Assembly: GCA_964016885.1 (NCBI GenBank)
Contig: OZ024741.1
Location: 356,686,001-356,750,000, forward strand
DNA: 64,000 bases
From: Eledone cirrhosa
Taxonomy: Eukaryota
Direction: 5' to 3'
Below are positions 21,199-35,289 of this stretch, piece after piece. The translations under genes were made by a program, and so were the position numbers. Under the pieces are notes generated by a model. It was not told the DNA's origin. It worked only from the letters and a program-made list of their open reading frames with translations, and made no database searches. Positions within the stretch are counted from its first letter, which is position 1. The number at the start of each line of letters is the position of its first letter.

Positions 21199-22785
21199 AA
21201 CATGTACATATTTAAACATACATGTGCACACTTAACATGTACATATTTAAACATACATGTGCACACTTAACATACACATATTTAAACATACATGTGCACA
21301 CTTAACATGTACATATTTAAACATACATGTGCACACTTAACATACACATATTTAAACATACATGTGCACACTTAGCATACACATATTTAAACATACATGT
21401 GCACACTTAACATGTACATATTTAAACATACATGTGCACACTTAACATGTACATATTTAAACATACATGTGCACACTTAACATACACATATTTAAACATA
21501 CATGTGCACACTTAACATGTACATATTTAAACATACATGTGCACACTTAACATACACATATTTAAACATACATGTGCACACTTAACATGTACATATTTAA
21601 ACATACATGTGCACACTTAACATGTACATATTTAAACATTCATGTGCACACTTAGCATACACATATTTAAACATACATGTGCACACTTAACATGTACGTA
21701 TTTAAACATACATGTGCACACTTAACATGTACATATTTAAACATACATGTGCACACTTAACATACACATATTTAAACATACATGTGCACACTTAACATGT
21801 ACATATTTAAACATACATGTGCACACTTAACATGTACATATTTAAACATTCATGTGCACACTTTGTATACACATATTTAAACATACATGTGCACACTTAA
21901 CATGTACATATTTAAACATACATGTGCACACTTAACATGTACATATTTAAACATACATGTGCACACTAAGGATACACATATTTAAACATACATGTGCACA
22001 CTTAACATGTACATATTTAAACATTCATGTGCACACTTAACATACACATATTTAAACATACATGTGCACACTTAACATGTACATATTTAAACATACATGT
22101 GCACACTTAACATGTACATATTTAAACATACATGTGCACACTTAACATACACATATTTAAACATACATGTGCACACTTAACATGTACATATTTAAACATA
22201 CATGTGCACACTTAACATACACATATTTAAACATACATGTGCACACTTAACATGTACATATTTAAACATACATGTGCACACTTAACATGTACATATTTAA
22301 ACATACATGTGCACACTTAACATACACATATTTAAACATACATGTGCACACTTAACATGTACATATTTAAACATTCATGTGCACACTTAACATGTACATA
22401 TTTAAACATACATGTGCACACTTAACATACACATATTTAAACATACATGTGCACACTTAACATGTACATATTTAAACATACATGTGCACACTTAACATAC
22501 ACATATTTAAACATACATGTGCACACTTAACATGTACATATTTAAACATACATGTGCACACTTAACATGTACATATTTAAACATACATGTGCACACTTAA
22601 CATGTACATATTTAAACATACATGTGCACACTTAGCATACACATATTTAAACATACATGTGCAGACTTAACATGTACATATTTAAACATACATGTGCACA
22701 CTTAACATGTACATATTTAAACATACATGTGCACACTTAACATGTACATATTTAAACATACATGTGCACACTTAACATGTACATA
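21199..22785. repeat. 35-bp tandem satellite, array 1 (about 45 units)
   Basis: Unit ACATATTTAAACATACATGTGCACACTTAACAT(GT/AC). Confidence 0.97.
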
Positions 22786-23040
22786 ATAATGAAATTATTG
22801 TGTACAGTGCTCAGGTGCACTACAACTCATCAAAGGTGCATGTATAGTACATAGAATAATGTACAAATGTCAGGAAAATGAACAGTGTATGAGTCATGAT
22901 ATAATAATAATAACAATAATGAAATATTGTGTACAGTGTCCAGGTGCACCACAACTCATCAAAAAAGTGCATGTACAGTACATAGGGCAATGCACAAACA
23001 TCAGTAAAATGAACAGTGCACGAGTCATGATACACACGTG
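22783..23040 (-). mobile_element. Two tandem 3' ends of the CR1-type LINE inside the satellite
   Basis: ataataatgaaattattgtgtacagtgctcaggtgcactacaactc occurs twice; it is the reverse complement of the 43300-43364 tail. Confidence 0.85.
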
Positions 23041-23063
23041 TGCATGTTAAGTGTGTACATGTA

Positions 23064-24180
23064 TGTGCACACTTAACATGTACATATTTAAACATACATG
23101 TGCACACTTAACATACACATATTTAAATATACATGTGCACACTAAGTATACACATATTTAAACATACATGAGCACACTTAGCATACACATATTTAAACAT
23201 ACATGTACACACTTAACATGTACATATTTAAACATATATGTGCACACTAAGTATACACATATTTAAACATACATGTACACACTAAGGATACACATATTTA
23301 AACATACATGTGCACACTTAACATGTACATATTTAAACATACATGTACACACTAAGGATACACATATTTAAACATACATGTACACACTAAGGATACACAT
23401 ATTTAAACATACATGTGCACACTTAACATGAACATATTTAAACATACATGTGCACACTAAGGATACACATATTTAAACATACATGTGCGCACTAAGGATA
23501 CACATATTTAAACATACATGTGCACACTAAGGATACGCATATTTAAACATACATGTGCACACTTAACATGTACATATTTAAACATACATGTGCACACTTA
23601 ACATGTACATATTTAAACATACATGTGTACACTAAGTATACACATATTTAAACATACATGTGCACACTAAGGATACACATATTTAAACATACATGTGCAC
23701 ACTAAGGATACACATATTTAAACATACATGTGCACACTTAACATGTACATATTTAAACATACATGTGCACACTAAGGATACACATATTTAAACATACATG
23801 TGCACACTTAACATGTACATATTTAAACATACATGTGCACACTAAGGATACACATATTTAAACATACATGTGCACACTAAGGATACACATATTTAAACAT
23901 ACATGTGCACACTAAGGATACACATATTTAAACATACATGTGCACACTTAACATGTACATATTTACACATACATGTGCACACTAAGGATACACATATTTA
24001 AACATACATGTGCACACTTAACATGTACATATTTAAACATACATGTGCACACTAAGGATACACATATTTAAACATACATGTGCACACTTAACATGTACAT
24101 ATTTAAATATACATGTGCACACTAAGTATACATATATTTAAACATACATGAGCACACTTAGCCTACACATATTTAAACAT
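23064..24180. repeat. 35-bp tandem satellite, array 2 (about 32 units, enriched in the CTAAGGATAC variant)
   Basis: Same unit as array 1 with a different variant spectrum. Confidence 0.97.
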
Positions 24181-25482
24181 AAAAGCTGTTGATTAAGTCA
24201 AGCAGTGGGGTTAATATAATCAACTTTTCTTCCCTCTCAAAATTGCTTACCTTGGGCCTAAAGTGTGTGAGAAGATATACATATTCAATTATATGCCACA
24301 AGGGGGCATTACAATTTCTCTCTAATAATAACTGAAATGTATATTTATTTATTTTGATATAACTGGATTTAAAATTGAATTTTAAAATATCATGTGTTGC
24401 CAGTGTTTATAATTTCTTAAAGGCTATGCATTTATTCTGTATATTTATGTCTATTTTACCTTTAGTAAATAATAGTTTCTAATTTAGTCACAAGGCCAAC
24501 AGTGTATGTTAATGATGAAAGGCAAAAATAATGAAATTCAAGAAAAAAAATTACATTTTATTTAGATACCATAAAAATAGTTCAATCATTAAAAACAATG
24601 TAAATTTATATCTATTAGGATATTGGAAGTGTGACTTATTTCCTGTGATTTTATTTCTGTTCACCTAAATAATAAAGCAAAGCCATCAGGGTTTTTATTG
24701 ATTTATTTATATGATGTTAACTAAAATCACTGAGTTTGACATCTCTCTGACCTCTAGTACAAGTCAGGTTGCTGTCAATGACAATAGGAATTCTAGGAGG
24801 AATTGATGTTCAGTAGGGAGTGAAAAGATTGGGCATAGTAATTAGAGAAACACACAATGGGTGACAAGAGGAGGAGAGGTCAATATATTGGGTAGAGATG
24901 GTATGCAACTAGCCAACACTGAGGGGAAGAGATAGTTGTAGTAAAAAAGGACAAAGTGGGAAGACAAAAACATCTTTGAATCTGCAGTTGAAGTATATTG
25001 GTGTGAGAACCTCTGCCATTCAGTTAAATGGCCTTTTTTTTAATGTGATCAAGGATATTTCTGTGTATGCAACATATAAAAGAAATCAACTTTCTATGTC
25101 CTAACTTTAATCCTGTTTTTAAATAATGCAACAATGATATAAAAATAGAATAGTTTTGTGTGGGATAAATGATGTATCTAGACTAGTTTTCTCACATACA
25201 TAAATGCATTTGTACCCTTTTTTTAAAAGAATTATTTAGAGTTTTAGTCACTGTTGTATAAAAAGAAATATAATAATACAATGCTTACAGAACGGAAACA
25301 CAAACAAATAATATAAAGGAAAGGGAAAGGGAAAACAGAAACAAAATAAATGAAAATAAAATAAAAGAAAAAGAAAAAACACAGAATCTGTTAGCACACA
25401 TATCTGGGACCACATACAACAAAAGGTGAAAGGGGTGGACAACTGAGCCGCTACTAGAGTAAATGTAATAGTAACATGAGGA

Positions 25483-26303
25483 GTCTGGTAACAATAATAC
25501 ACTTGAGTATATTATAATAACGTCTGGTAACAATATACTTGAGTATATTATAATAACATCTGGTAACAATATACTTGAGTATATTATAATAACATCTGGT
25601 AACAATATACTTGAGTATATTATAATAACATCTGGTAACAATAATATACTTGAGTATATTATAATAACATCTGGTAACAATAATATACTTGAATATATTA
25701 TAATAACATCTGGTAACAATAATATACTGGAGTATATTATAATAACATCTGGTAACAATAATATACTGGTGTATATTATAATAACATCTGGTAACAATAA
25801 TATACTGGAGTATATTATAATAACATCTGGTAACAATAATATACTTGAATATATTATAATAACATCTGGTAACAATAATATACTTGAATATATTATAATA
25901 ACATCTGGTAACAATAATATACTTGAGTATATTATAATAACATCTGGTAACAATAATATACTTGAATATATTATAATAACATCTGGTAACAATAATATAC
26001 TTGAATATATTATAATAACATCTGGTAACAATAATATACTTGAGTATATTATAATAACATCTGGTAACAATAATATACTGGAGTATATTATAATAACATC
26101 TGGTAACAATATACTTGAGTATATTATAATAACATCTAGTAACAATAATATACTTGAGTATATTATAATAACATCTGGTAACAATATACTTGAGTATATT
26201 ATAATAACATCTGGTAACAATAATGTACTTGAGTATATTATAACATCTGGTAACAATTATATACTTGAGTATATTTTAATAACAATATACTTGAGTGTAT
26301 ATT
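25483..26303. repeat. 39/36-bp tandem minisatellite with internal palindrome (about 21 units, 2-3 more at 26495-26600)
   Basis: Unit TCTGGTAACAATAATATACTTGAGTATATTATAATAACA. Confidence 0.97.
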
Positions 26304-26494
26304 AATAATTGTTTCTACATTTGGCACAAGGCCAGCAATTACCCAGTGCATTACTGGTACTTTATTTTATCTACCCCGTAAGGATGAAAGGCAAAGTTAA
26401 CGTTGGCGGGATTTGAACTCAGACCGTAAAGGGACGTAACTATGCTGGAAAGCATGGCGTCCAACCTTCTACTGATACTGCCAATCCCCCGCCA
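26304..26494 (-). mobile_element. tRNA-derived SINE inserted in the minisatellite
   Basis: Same SINE family; array units continue after it. Confidence 0.85.
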
Positions 26495-26959
26495 ATGTCT
26501 GGTAACTATATACTTGAGTATATTATAATAACGTCTGGTAACAATAATATAGTTGAGTACAATTTAATAACATCTTGTAACAAGTAACAGTAATACTTTA
26601 GTCGTTCATATAGATGATCTTTAACAGACTTAGTTATAGTTAGTTAATCTCTTATAGGGATTTAGTATACAGAATGCTCTACCGAGGTTCATTCTCCTCA
26701 GCCATATTTTTACATTCTGTCTATTGATAGCGTTGGTGTCATGATATGCATTCAATGCACCCTGTAGAATGCAGATGTGGGTCCTGACCTGCTCGAGAGA
26801 TGATTGTCTCCAAGAGACTTGGTCTGTGATGATATATCCAATACTTGTTAAAAAGGAAAATGTATGTTAGATGTAGATGATGATCATTATCATCTTCATC
26901 ATCATCATTTAATGTCCATTTTCTCCATGTATGTTTTAAGAGTATATATATATTTGTGT

Positions 26960-27112
26960 GTGTGTATTTTGTACAGTATATCTAATGATATACGGCATGT
27001 TTACAAATAAACATTTGAAAGTCTTTAGCTATGAATTTTGGAAGCTGATGCTTTCAAATGTTTATTTGTAAACATATCGTATATCATTAGATATATAAAA
27101 TACATATACTTA
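26960..27112. repeat. Short foldback (hairpin) element
   Basis: tatatctaatgatatacggcatgtttacaaataaacatttgaaag mirrored by ctttcaaatgtttatttgtaaacatatcgtatatcattagatata. Confidence 0.85.
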
Positions 27113-27146
27113 AATGTATACAACTATTTTGGAGCAAACACCTTAA

Positions 27147-27220
<74 letters not shown>

Positions 27221-30200
27221 AGATAGATGTGTGTGTACATTATATATATATATATAAATTTAGAAGGGACAAGGTGCTGTATGGTTACTAAAACACGAGT
27301 GTTTGGAAATATAAGGAAAACACAAACAAGGACAGATCCCCTCTTCAGTTGTCTGCTGTGGGTCTCAGACGTTTCAAAGCATATATATAAATATATACTC
27401 CTATTTCATATAAATGACATCTACAGGATGATTTCATACAAATAAAATAGTTCTAGAAATCATTTATTCTACCAAAGTATTGAATACCTTTTTTAACTGT
27501 GGTCACCTCTGACACCAATCATCCACCCATAATTATATATAAATATATTATATTATCTATCTAGCTATCAATATAATACTTGGTAAACACAGATCTGTGC
27601 TAAGAGTGCTGCTGTACTCCATCTCTGAATGCAGGAGCCAATGTTTTATCAGGCGATGAAGTAACCCTGTAGGTGTTTTGGCCCCTTCTACTGTGATCTG
27701 CTCAGGGAACCCACTGATGTAGGTGATGAAACTCCTGCATAACAGCACATTCTTTGGGGAGTCTGTCCACCTCAATGCATCAGAATAACATGAATTTTGA
27801 TGGGTCTGGTGTTATGAGTCCAAGTGAGACGTCTCTACCCACCTCAATATGTCAAGTGTACCATTCATCTCTTTTGAGCCTTACAGCAGTGAAAATAGAT
27901 GTTAAATGATGATGTTTCAAGCTTTTGGCCCTTCTTAGAGTAGAGGCCAACGATGATCTGCCTCACCTCATTCTTGTCCTGGACCTTCTTCTCCAATTAC
28001 CCCAGTTCGATCCAGATCTTTTCACTTCGTTCTCTAGGAGTTCCTTCGTCTTGCTCTCTTCCTTTTGCCCTTAGGGAAGGGCTCCATGATGGAGACTGCC
28101 TGGTAATGTTGTTTGAGGCCTTCTGAGAGTTTCTCCAATCTAGCATCACTTTCTAAGATTGTTATCTTTGTGTATGTAGTAAAGCATTAATTTACCTTTC
28201 AAAAGGCTCTTTTCATTCAATCTCAAGATGGAGTCTGATTATCAGTTGTACAACATGCCCTGACCTCCAGAACAATAAGGTTTGATTTGTTTTCTTCTTT
28301 GGTGTTTCTGTAGCAAGTATAGTATATTTTACAGGATGAGTTCAGGACCAGGGGCTACAATTTAGTCTAGCTTCTACCCTTTCACCAGTCCTTATAGGCA
28401 TAATCGGCAAGCAGGACATCCCTAAAATTGTCACCAGCTGTGAGTTCCCTCTGTTTCTACGTTCTTCTCTTCCAATTTGCCTTCTGTTTCTATGTTCACC
28501 TAGCTCTGATTCTAGAATCACTGATCACTGAGTTATGTTGGGTTGTACAAAGTCTCTTCACTAGGAAGAGATTGCGTTTGCAACCATCAGCATGTCTAGG
28601 CTTCTGGTAAAGACAAAAGCAATTTGGCTTTTGTGCTCACCTGACTTATAGGTGATTAAGTGGCTAACTGGTTTTCTGAATTAGTGTTGTAGATAGTCAG
28701 GCCATTCACATAACAAAACACCAGCTTTGATCTCTCTTCATTTCTCATACATTACCTGAAGTCTCAGACACCAAGGAAGCCCTCACAGTATTACCAAACA
28801 TGTTTATTGAAATCTCCACCGTAATTATATAATCACCATCACTCATTAAAGAGGTAGTCTGCATAAGGGTCTCAGTAAAGTGATTTTTCAGTTCATATAA
28901 ACTGATCACTTCTAAGTCTTGAGAACTGAGTAAAATATACCTCGCTGAGAAGGTCTTATATGATTGAAGCATGTCCATTAATTTCACCAGTTGGCTTTAA
29001 AAACTAGATCCACTCCTATCTGCATAGTCTTTATTTTCCAAAAATGTCAGCTGACTGATATTAATTGAGTAATTTTCCGTACTTGTTGATTTTAGGTTTT
29101 AAATACCCTCTAGGGGAGTTTTTGTCTACTAATTGCAGAAATAATCTGGTTTTTAGCTCAGTGAATTACATGTATGAGGCCCTACCATAATACAACTATT
29201 GTATGTTACCTTGTTTGGGTTTTCAGGGTACACAACCTTTGTGCATCCATCCCATACCTCCCAGGCCCATCACCAGTCTTTTTGGCATTAGATGGAGACT
29301 GCAGTATACTTTTTCAATGGGCTCTTCTAAGGCCCAAATACATCCCGTGTTACCCTGTGTGAAGGATGATGCAATATGATTACTTTTATTCAATCTAACC
29401 CTACTGGAGTTTTTGGTGGTCTTATTTACACCAGACACCAATTTGATAATTTTGTCAGACCCACTAAGACTAGGCTTTTTTTAGAGGTTGTCTAAACCCA
29501 CCTTGCCATAACCACATCACAAGGTTGTGAGAGTTTTCCAGAGAGTTAAATGTCACCAATTACTCTATCTCCTCTGCCAATGGAATAGAACAAGATGTGG
29601 TTCTTTGACCCAGCTTATCTCGGACCATGACAACCTGCCCAACCTATGCCAACATGGGGAACAGACATAAAATAATAAGTTCCAGTTATCTGTTGAGACC
29701 TGTATATTTATTTGATTTGAGTACTACTTGCTCTCCAGAATATCTTATATCTAAATCACCAATGTATCAATCCTTCCATTACTATATTTCTAATGAAAGA
29801 CACTGCATAGGATTTTCAAATCATTTTGAAAACAATCAAGAATCTGTAAAGATTTAGTGAAATAACTTTCTCATTAAGCTAGTATTTGGAGCATAATTTT
29901 ACAAAGGTTCTTACATAAAATTTCAGTGAAACACTTTTATATATTTATATATATACACACATTCTTTATTAAATAAACAGTATCTATCATAAAATCTGAG
30001 GCAGTTTGGTATCAAAACTGTTAGTGTTTTGTTTCAATACTATATATTATAGAATATATCTACATTTTAACCAACACTTTATGTAATAAATACCTTGTCA
30101 GTAAATACAATATCTTTGAGGTCATGGTGTGTTAACAGTGTTTGGTTTCAATACTATAATATACTACAGAATATATATAGGTTTTTAACCGACACTGAAT

Positions 30201-30843
30201 ATAATAAGTATCTTGTCTATATATAAATATATACAATATCTTTGTATTAAGTTTCAATGTTATATTGTTCTATAGAAGATATCTAGACAGCATTTTCTAA
30301 TGTAAACTTCCTTTTTTAACCCTTTCGTTGCCATATTTATAATGAAATTCACTGTATTTGAATTAACTCATGACAAGTTTCAAGATATTTACCAAAACTA
30401 TATTATATTATTAAGATGGTATTTTTAACACAACTTAACAAAAGGTTTTTATATCATATTATGTTGGAAGATTTTAATTTAATAGAAACCATTTAAAATG
30501 AGTGGTTTTGTTTCACAGGTAGGTTTGGGTAGGTTGATATTAAAAGGGTTAAGATGGTACTGTGTGATTTGAGGGAGATTTAGCAATACAAATAAATATT
30601 TGGCAATTTAATTGAATATTTGAATATAGAAATAGAAACAATGTAGAGAGAACTCTTTAATAATACATGGGTCATGACAACCTCTCTAGTGCTGGTACCA
30701 TGATAAAATGCACACAGTATAGTGTAAAGTATTTGGGGAACAAGTGGAGACAATTTAGGTTGGAGAAGTTTCATTAGCTTGGTCAAGTATATGACAGCCT
30801 CTCTAGTGCTGGTGCCAATACATTGTGTAAAATGATTGGTGTT

Positions 30844-32466
30844 CATCATCATCACCGTTTTACGTCCATTCTTCCACGCTAGCATGGGTTAGACGGGTTG
30901 TCCTGTTGTGGGCAGTGTCTGGTCGGCTGACCATGCCTTGCTCATACAGGAACTGATTTTGGCTTGCTTTCTACAGCTGGATGCCCTTCCTAACACCAAC
31001 CTCATTTACAGTGAGTGCTGGGTGCTTTTTTTCCGTGGCGCCTACATGTCCACTTTACAGTGTGAGCTGGGTGCTTTTTTGCCGTGGCACCTCCACGACC
31101 ACTTTGCAGTGGGAGGGTGTGGGGGAACATTGTCTATATGCTTCAGCTTGTACCCATGGGAGGTCGGGTACTCTGTATTACTGCATGACGCCAGAGGTCA
31201 CGGTCATGTGTCATCGCCTTTGAGAGGTGTAATTGGGTAAGGTCGGCTTTTATCACCTCATCCCAGGTCTTCTTGGGTCTTCCCACTCCATGGTTTCCAT
31301 TGACCTCTAGTGCTCTGTACCTTTTTATGCAGCTGTCATCCTTCCTACGCATCACATGTCCATACCAACGCAACCGCCTCTCCTGCACACAGCATTTGAT
31401 TCCTCTGATGCTCAGTCTCTCTCTCTCAATTCATTTATGCTTTGCCGTTCGCGTATATTACTATTATACATCCATCGGAGCATGCAGGCATCGTTTCTTT
31501 CTAATCTACGTAAGTCTTCCACCTTCAGCGCCCAGGTCTCACTACCATGTAACATTGCTGTTCGTATGCACACATCATACAGTCTGCCTTTCATTTTGAG
31601 GGAAAAGCCTTTTGCAGCTAGCAGTGGCAGTAGTTCCCTGAACTTCTTCCATCCCGTTTTTACCCTAGTTATTGTACTTTCTGAACACCCACCTCCACTG
31701 CTAATTCGGTCACCTAGGTAGCAGAAGCTATCTACTGCTTATACAGAGCCCTCCCAGAGATTGGTGGTACTTGTTTCCTGTGGCTGTTTGCTGCTTCCTG
31801 TCCCAGCACAGCTGCTACATGTGAAGCCTACATTCTTAATTAAGCTTCCTGAGATCCCGCTACATCTCTTGTGTACCCATTGTTTGCATTTCGGACAGAG
31901 AATGGAGTTCCTACCTACACCTTTCCTACATACTGAGCAAGGCCATTTCCCTGAGGGGATCTGGGTTCTGTTTTCTAGTCTACTTAGTCTTCGTCAGGTT
32001 GACTTTGAGACCCTTTCTTTCTAGTCCCTGCTTCCAAGTTTGGAATTTCTTCTCTAGTTCTACCATAGATTCAGCTATAAGTGTGAGGTCATCTGCATAC
32101 AGGAGTTCCCATGGGCATCCAGTCTTAAACTCCTCCGTTATTGCCTGCAGGACTATGATGAACAGGAAAGGGCTAAGAACAGAGTCCTGGTGGACACCAA
32201 CCTGTACACTAAATTCCTCGCTATACTCATTGCTAATCCTAACTTTGCTGACTGCTCCCCTATACATGGCTTGTACAGCTTTCACAAGCCATTCATCTAC
32301 TCCTAGTTTTCTAAGAGCCCACCAGATTACAGTACGTGGAACTCTGTCAAAGGCTTTCTCAAGATCGACGAATGCCAGGTAGAGTGGCTTACTTTTAGTT
32401 AGGAAATTTCCCTGTAACTGCTTCCAAGGTAGAGGGCATCAGTGGTGCCTCTTCCTGGTACAAACC
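30844..32466 (-). mobile_element. 5'-truncated, frameshifted RTE copy retaining the PHD finger
   Basis: Reverse strand reads [52 protein letters not shown], then the 3' UTR and a (GAT)n tail. Confidence 0.92.
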
Positions 32467-32653
32467 TGTTATGAAGGGCAATCATAAAACCACACCAAAA
32501 TGGAATCATGAGGACAGTAAATCTGAAGAAGAACTAACTTGGACTGTGACAATCTGCTCAACACACGCCAGCATGGAAAGCAGACATAAAATGAATAATG
32601 ATAACAACAAATAAATATTTAAATATTTATTTTCTTTTAATATATTCAGCAAT

Positions 32654-32659
32654 TTTATT
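32654..32659 (-). promoter_or_regulatory. Candidate polyadenylation signal of TARBP1
   Basis: AATAAA on the minus strand about 60 nt after the stop codon. Confidence 0.5.
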
Positions 32660-32718
32660 CACAATTTATATTTGGATATCAATAAAGATTGAATTCATAA
32701 GCAATGGAATTTTTGTGT

Positions 32719-32881
32719 TCAGTTAATGACACCTGAATTATAAAGTTGACGTGTATATTCCCACATGAGTATTGCTCCACTTACATGAACATTGAGAGAA
32801 CGAACAATTCCTTGTTGTGGAATTTCAACACACACATCCAACAGAGGTATTAGATTAGCAGGAATTCCTTCACGTTCATTT
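32719..32881 (-). CDS. TARBP1: TARBP1 last exon (GNEREGIP...[19 protein letters not shown]...stop)
   Basis: tag acceptor; TGA at 32719-32721. Confidence 0.95.
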
Positions 32882-35227
32882 CTAGAAACATATTAATAAA
32901 GAAATATGATATAGAAATTATTTAACAGGAATACATCATTTAATTGTTTCTTCCCCTTCTCTCTACAAACATAAGAAAAGTATCACTTAATAAAATACAA
33001 CAGGATTTTTAAGGCTATTTCCTCTATTAAAGCATGGGGCAGCCATGTAGTCCTCATGGCATGCTTCTCCAAATAATTCTATCTTCTGTATCTTTTCTCA
33101 CCAACCTCCTGGCTTTCATTTCCTCTTCCATCATCTTTAGCCATGTCTTTTTTAGTCTTCTCATTCCTCTATTTCCTCCCACATTCATTCCTATAACTCT
33201 TCTCACCCAGACAATTTCATCTTTCTTAACACATGATCCAGCAATCTCATCCCATTTTTATTCACAACATTCATCACTGTCTTTATACCCCCTCTCCCCA
33301 TCATCTCAAATTCACTGTCTTCCTCTCTCTCACTTATAATAATGTTGGGGTGTTAAGCTCTTGATTGTAATGCTGTAGGTTCAATTTTTGAACTTGGCGG
33401 TGCATTGTGCTCTTGAATTAAATACTTCATTTCATAATGCTCCAGCTAAATCAGCTGAAAATACATACCAGCAGTAGCTAAAAATACAATCTTCTTTGAA
33501 GAATATTCCAATTGATATAACTATAAATTGGTTAAATATACATAAAAAGAAAGCAGTATTGGAAAGGACTATAAATTCCATAAATGAGAGAAAAAGGAGA
33601 AGAGCAAGGACTACTAGACAAAGGAAGAAAGGGGGAAGGGGAGAGGGTGACAGACTCTACACATAGGTCAGAGTGGTGTTTCAGCTGCACTCTGCGAACA
33701 AAATGGCAAAGGCATTTCAGTGGACAATGGCCAGTGACACCTGCTGCTGGAAATTAACATTGCAATGAACTGCAGTCCTGTACAGGAGGTATCTTGTACT
33801 TGAGGCTTGGGACAGACTCTTTTCTTTCTCTCAGCAATACTGCACTCATACATTCATATCTTTTAGCGTCTTGTAATGATTCAGCAAAAGCAGGTTTGTA
33901 AATTCAAATGTTTATAGTATCTTTACTAGTGAACAGATCATTATGAATATTTGCATTCAAAGATTAAAGACTTTAATTTTTAATGCAATGCAGTAATAGT
34001 GCTGTTTTGTACTTGTCAAGAATGTCTTGCTAATGTTATTTTGTGTGGTTTATTAATTCAAATACTTATATTTGCAGTAAAATTTGCAGTAAACTAAAAT
34101 AAAGACTTTAATTTTTGATGTGATGCAGTCATAGTGCAGTTTTGTAATTTTTAAGAATGTTTTGCTAACAGAGTTTCATGTGGTAGAGGATGTTAAAAGT
34201 TAATGAAATAAAAAGAAAAAGGAAACTAACCCCAAAATAAGAACAGTTTTCTTTGCCATTTGATAATTTTGTAGAGAAACACTATTAGCAGTTTGCTCAG
34301 CTCCAACTAACGTAAACCCTTCGCGCTGTTTCTCAAACAGAAAATTTTGCAGCTGATCACCTGGAACCTAAGGAAATAATAATTTAAATTCAAATAAAAT
34401 GTACAAATTATCTAACCATTTTCACATTAAACCACTTAAAAGCTTGCCTGTAGTCTATGATACAAATCTGAATATTCTAAGGTGTTTGTACGTATCTAAG
34501 AATTTTAGTTATGTTATGCTCCAAACACCAGCTTCTTCTTGATTATTTTCAAAGTTATTTGAAAACCATAGGCAATGTCATTCATTAGAAATATGGTAAC
34601 GAAACGGTTAAAAATATTTGAATTAAATACAAATATTCCAGAAAACAACCATATTAAAAATATGCTTTTCTTTTTAACTTAAAAAAGAACCAAAAATATT
34701 TTCCCTCTTGTCATAATCATTATCATGAACATCACCACCTTCGTCAGCACCATCATTGTTGTGACATTCCTTTTCTCCTGCTAGTATGATGGGTTCAATG
34801 AGTCTGTACTTCTATATATTACCAATTCTAACAATCTTATCTCTATTCATCCATAAAGCCTTTCTCTCAGATATCTTACTTCCCCACTTTCATATATTGG
34901 GAGATTTATCCCCACATTTGTGTGGTAGATTTAATCTGGTTTATCCCCACCACCTAGTCATTGGGTGGTTTTAGTGGACTCCACTCTGTTGAAAGCATTT
35001 GGACCAGGACTCTGGCTTGAGGATACCTTTCCCCCTCCCTCCCATCAGACGAAACACCAAAGAAAAAAAAAATATATATATATATACACACAAAGTCTAT
35101 GGTTCCAAGACCAGGAAGGCAAAAATCAGAGGAGTATTCAATGCATGGGAAGGAGCTGAGAGGGTATAGAGGAAGGTAAAAACCTTATTACAATGCCTAG
35201 CAGTTTCGGCAAGCCTTTGCAAGGTGT

Positions 35228-35289
<62 letters not shown>

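Noticed and set aside
21199-24180. CRISPR-like array
   Set aside because: Units are head-to-tail with no unique spacers, there are no cas genes, and the context is eukaryotic.
25285-26305. 323-aa and 178-aa repetitive ORFs as real proteins
   Set aside because: They are by-products of a 39/36-bp tandem repeat, with no coding context or recognisable domain.
27290-27440. Penelope/hammerhead remnant on the minus strand (gaaacgtc, ctgaagagg)
   Set aside because: The motifs cannot be assembled into consistent stems.
30018-30245. Roughly 115-bp diverged tandem duplication
   Set aside because: AT-rich two-copy duplication with no ORF or structure; an ordinary local event.
19800-32719. TARBP1-ACSS1 fusion or read-through
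   Set aside because: TARBP1 has a normal stop and a nearby AATAAA, and nothing in the sequence supports joining the two genes.
35195-35224. Second hammerhead on the minus strand (cc-ttgcaaa-ggc-tt-gcc-gaaac-tgct-agg)
   Set aside because: The CUGANGA core and cleavage triplet are too degenerate to support a call.
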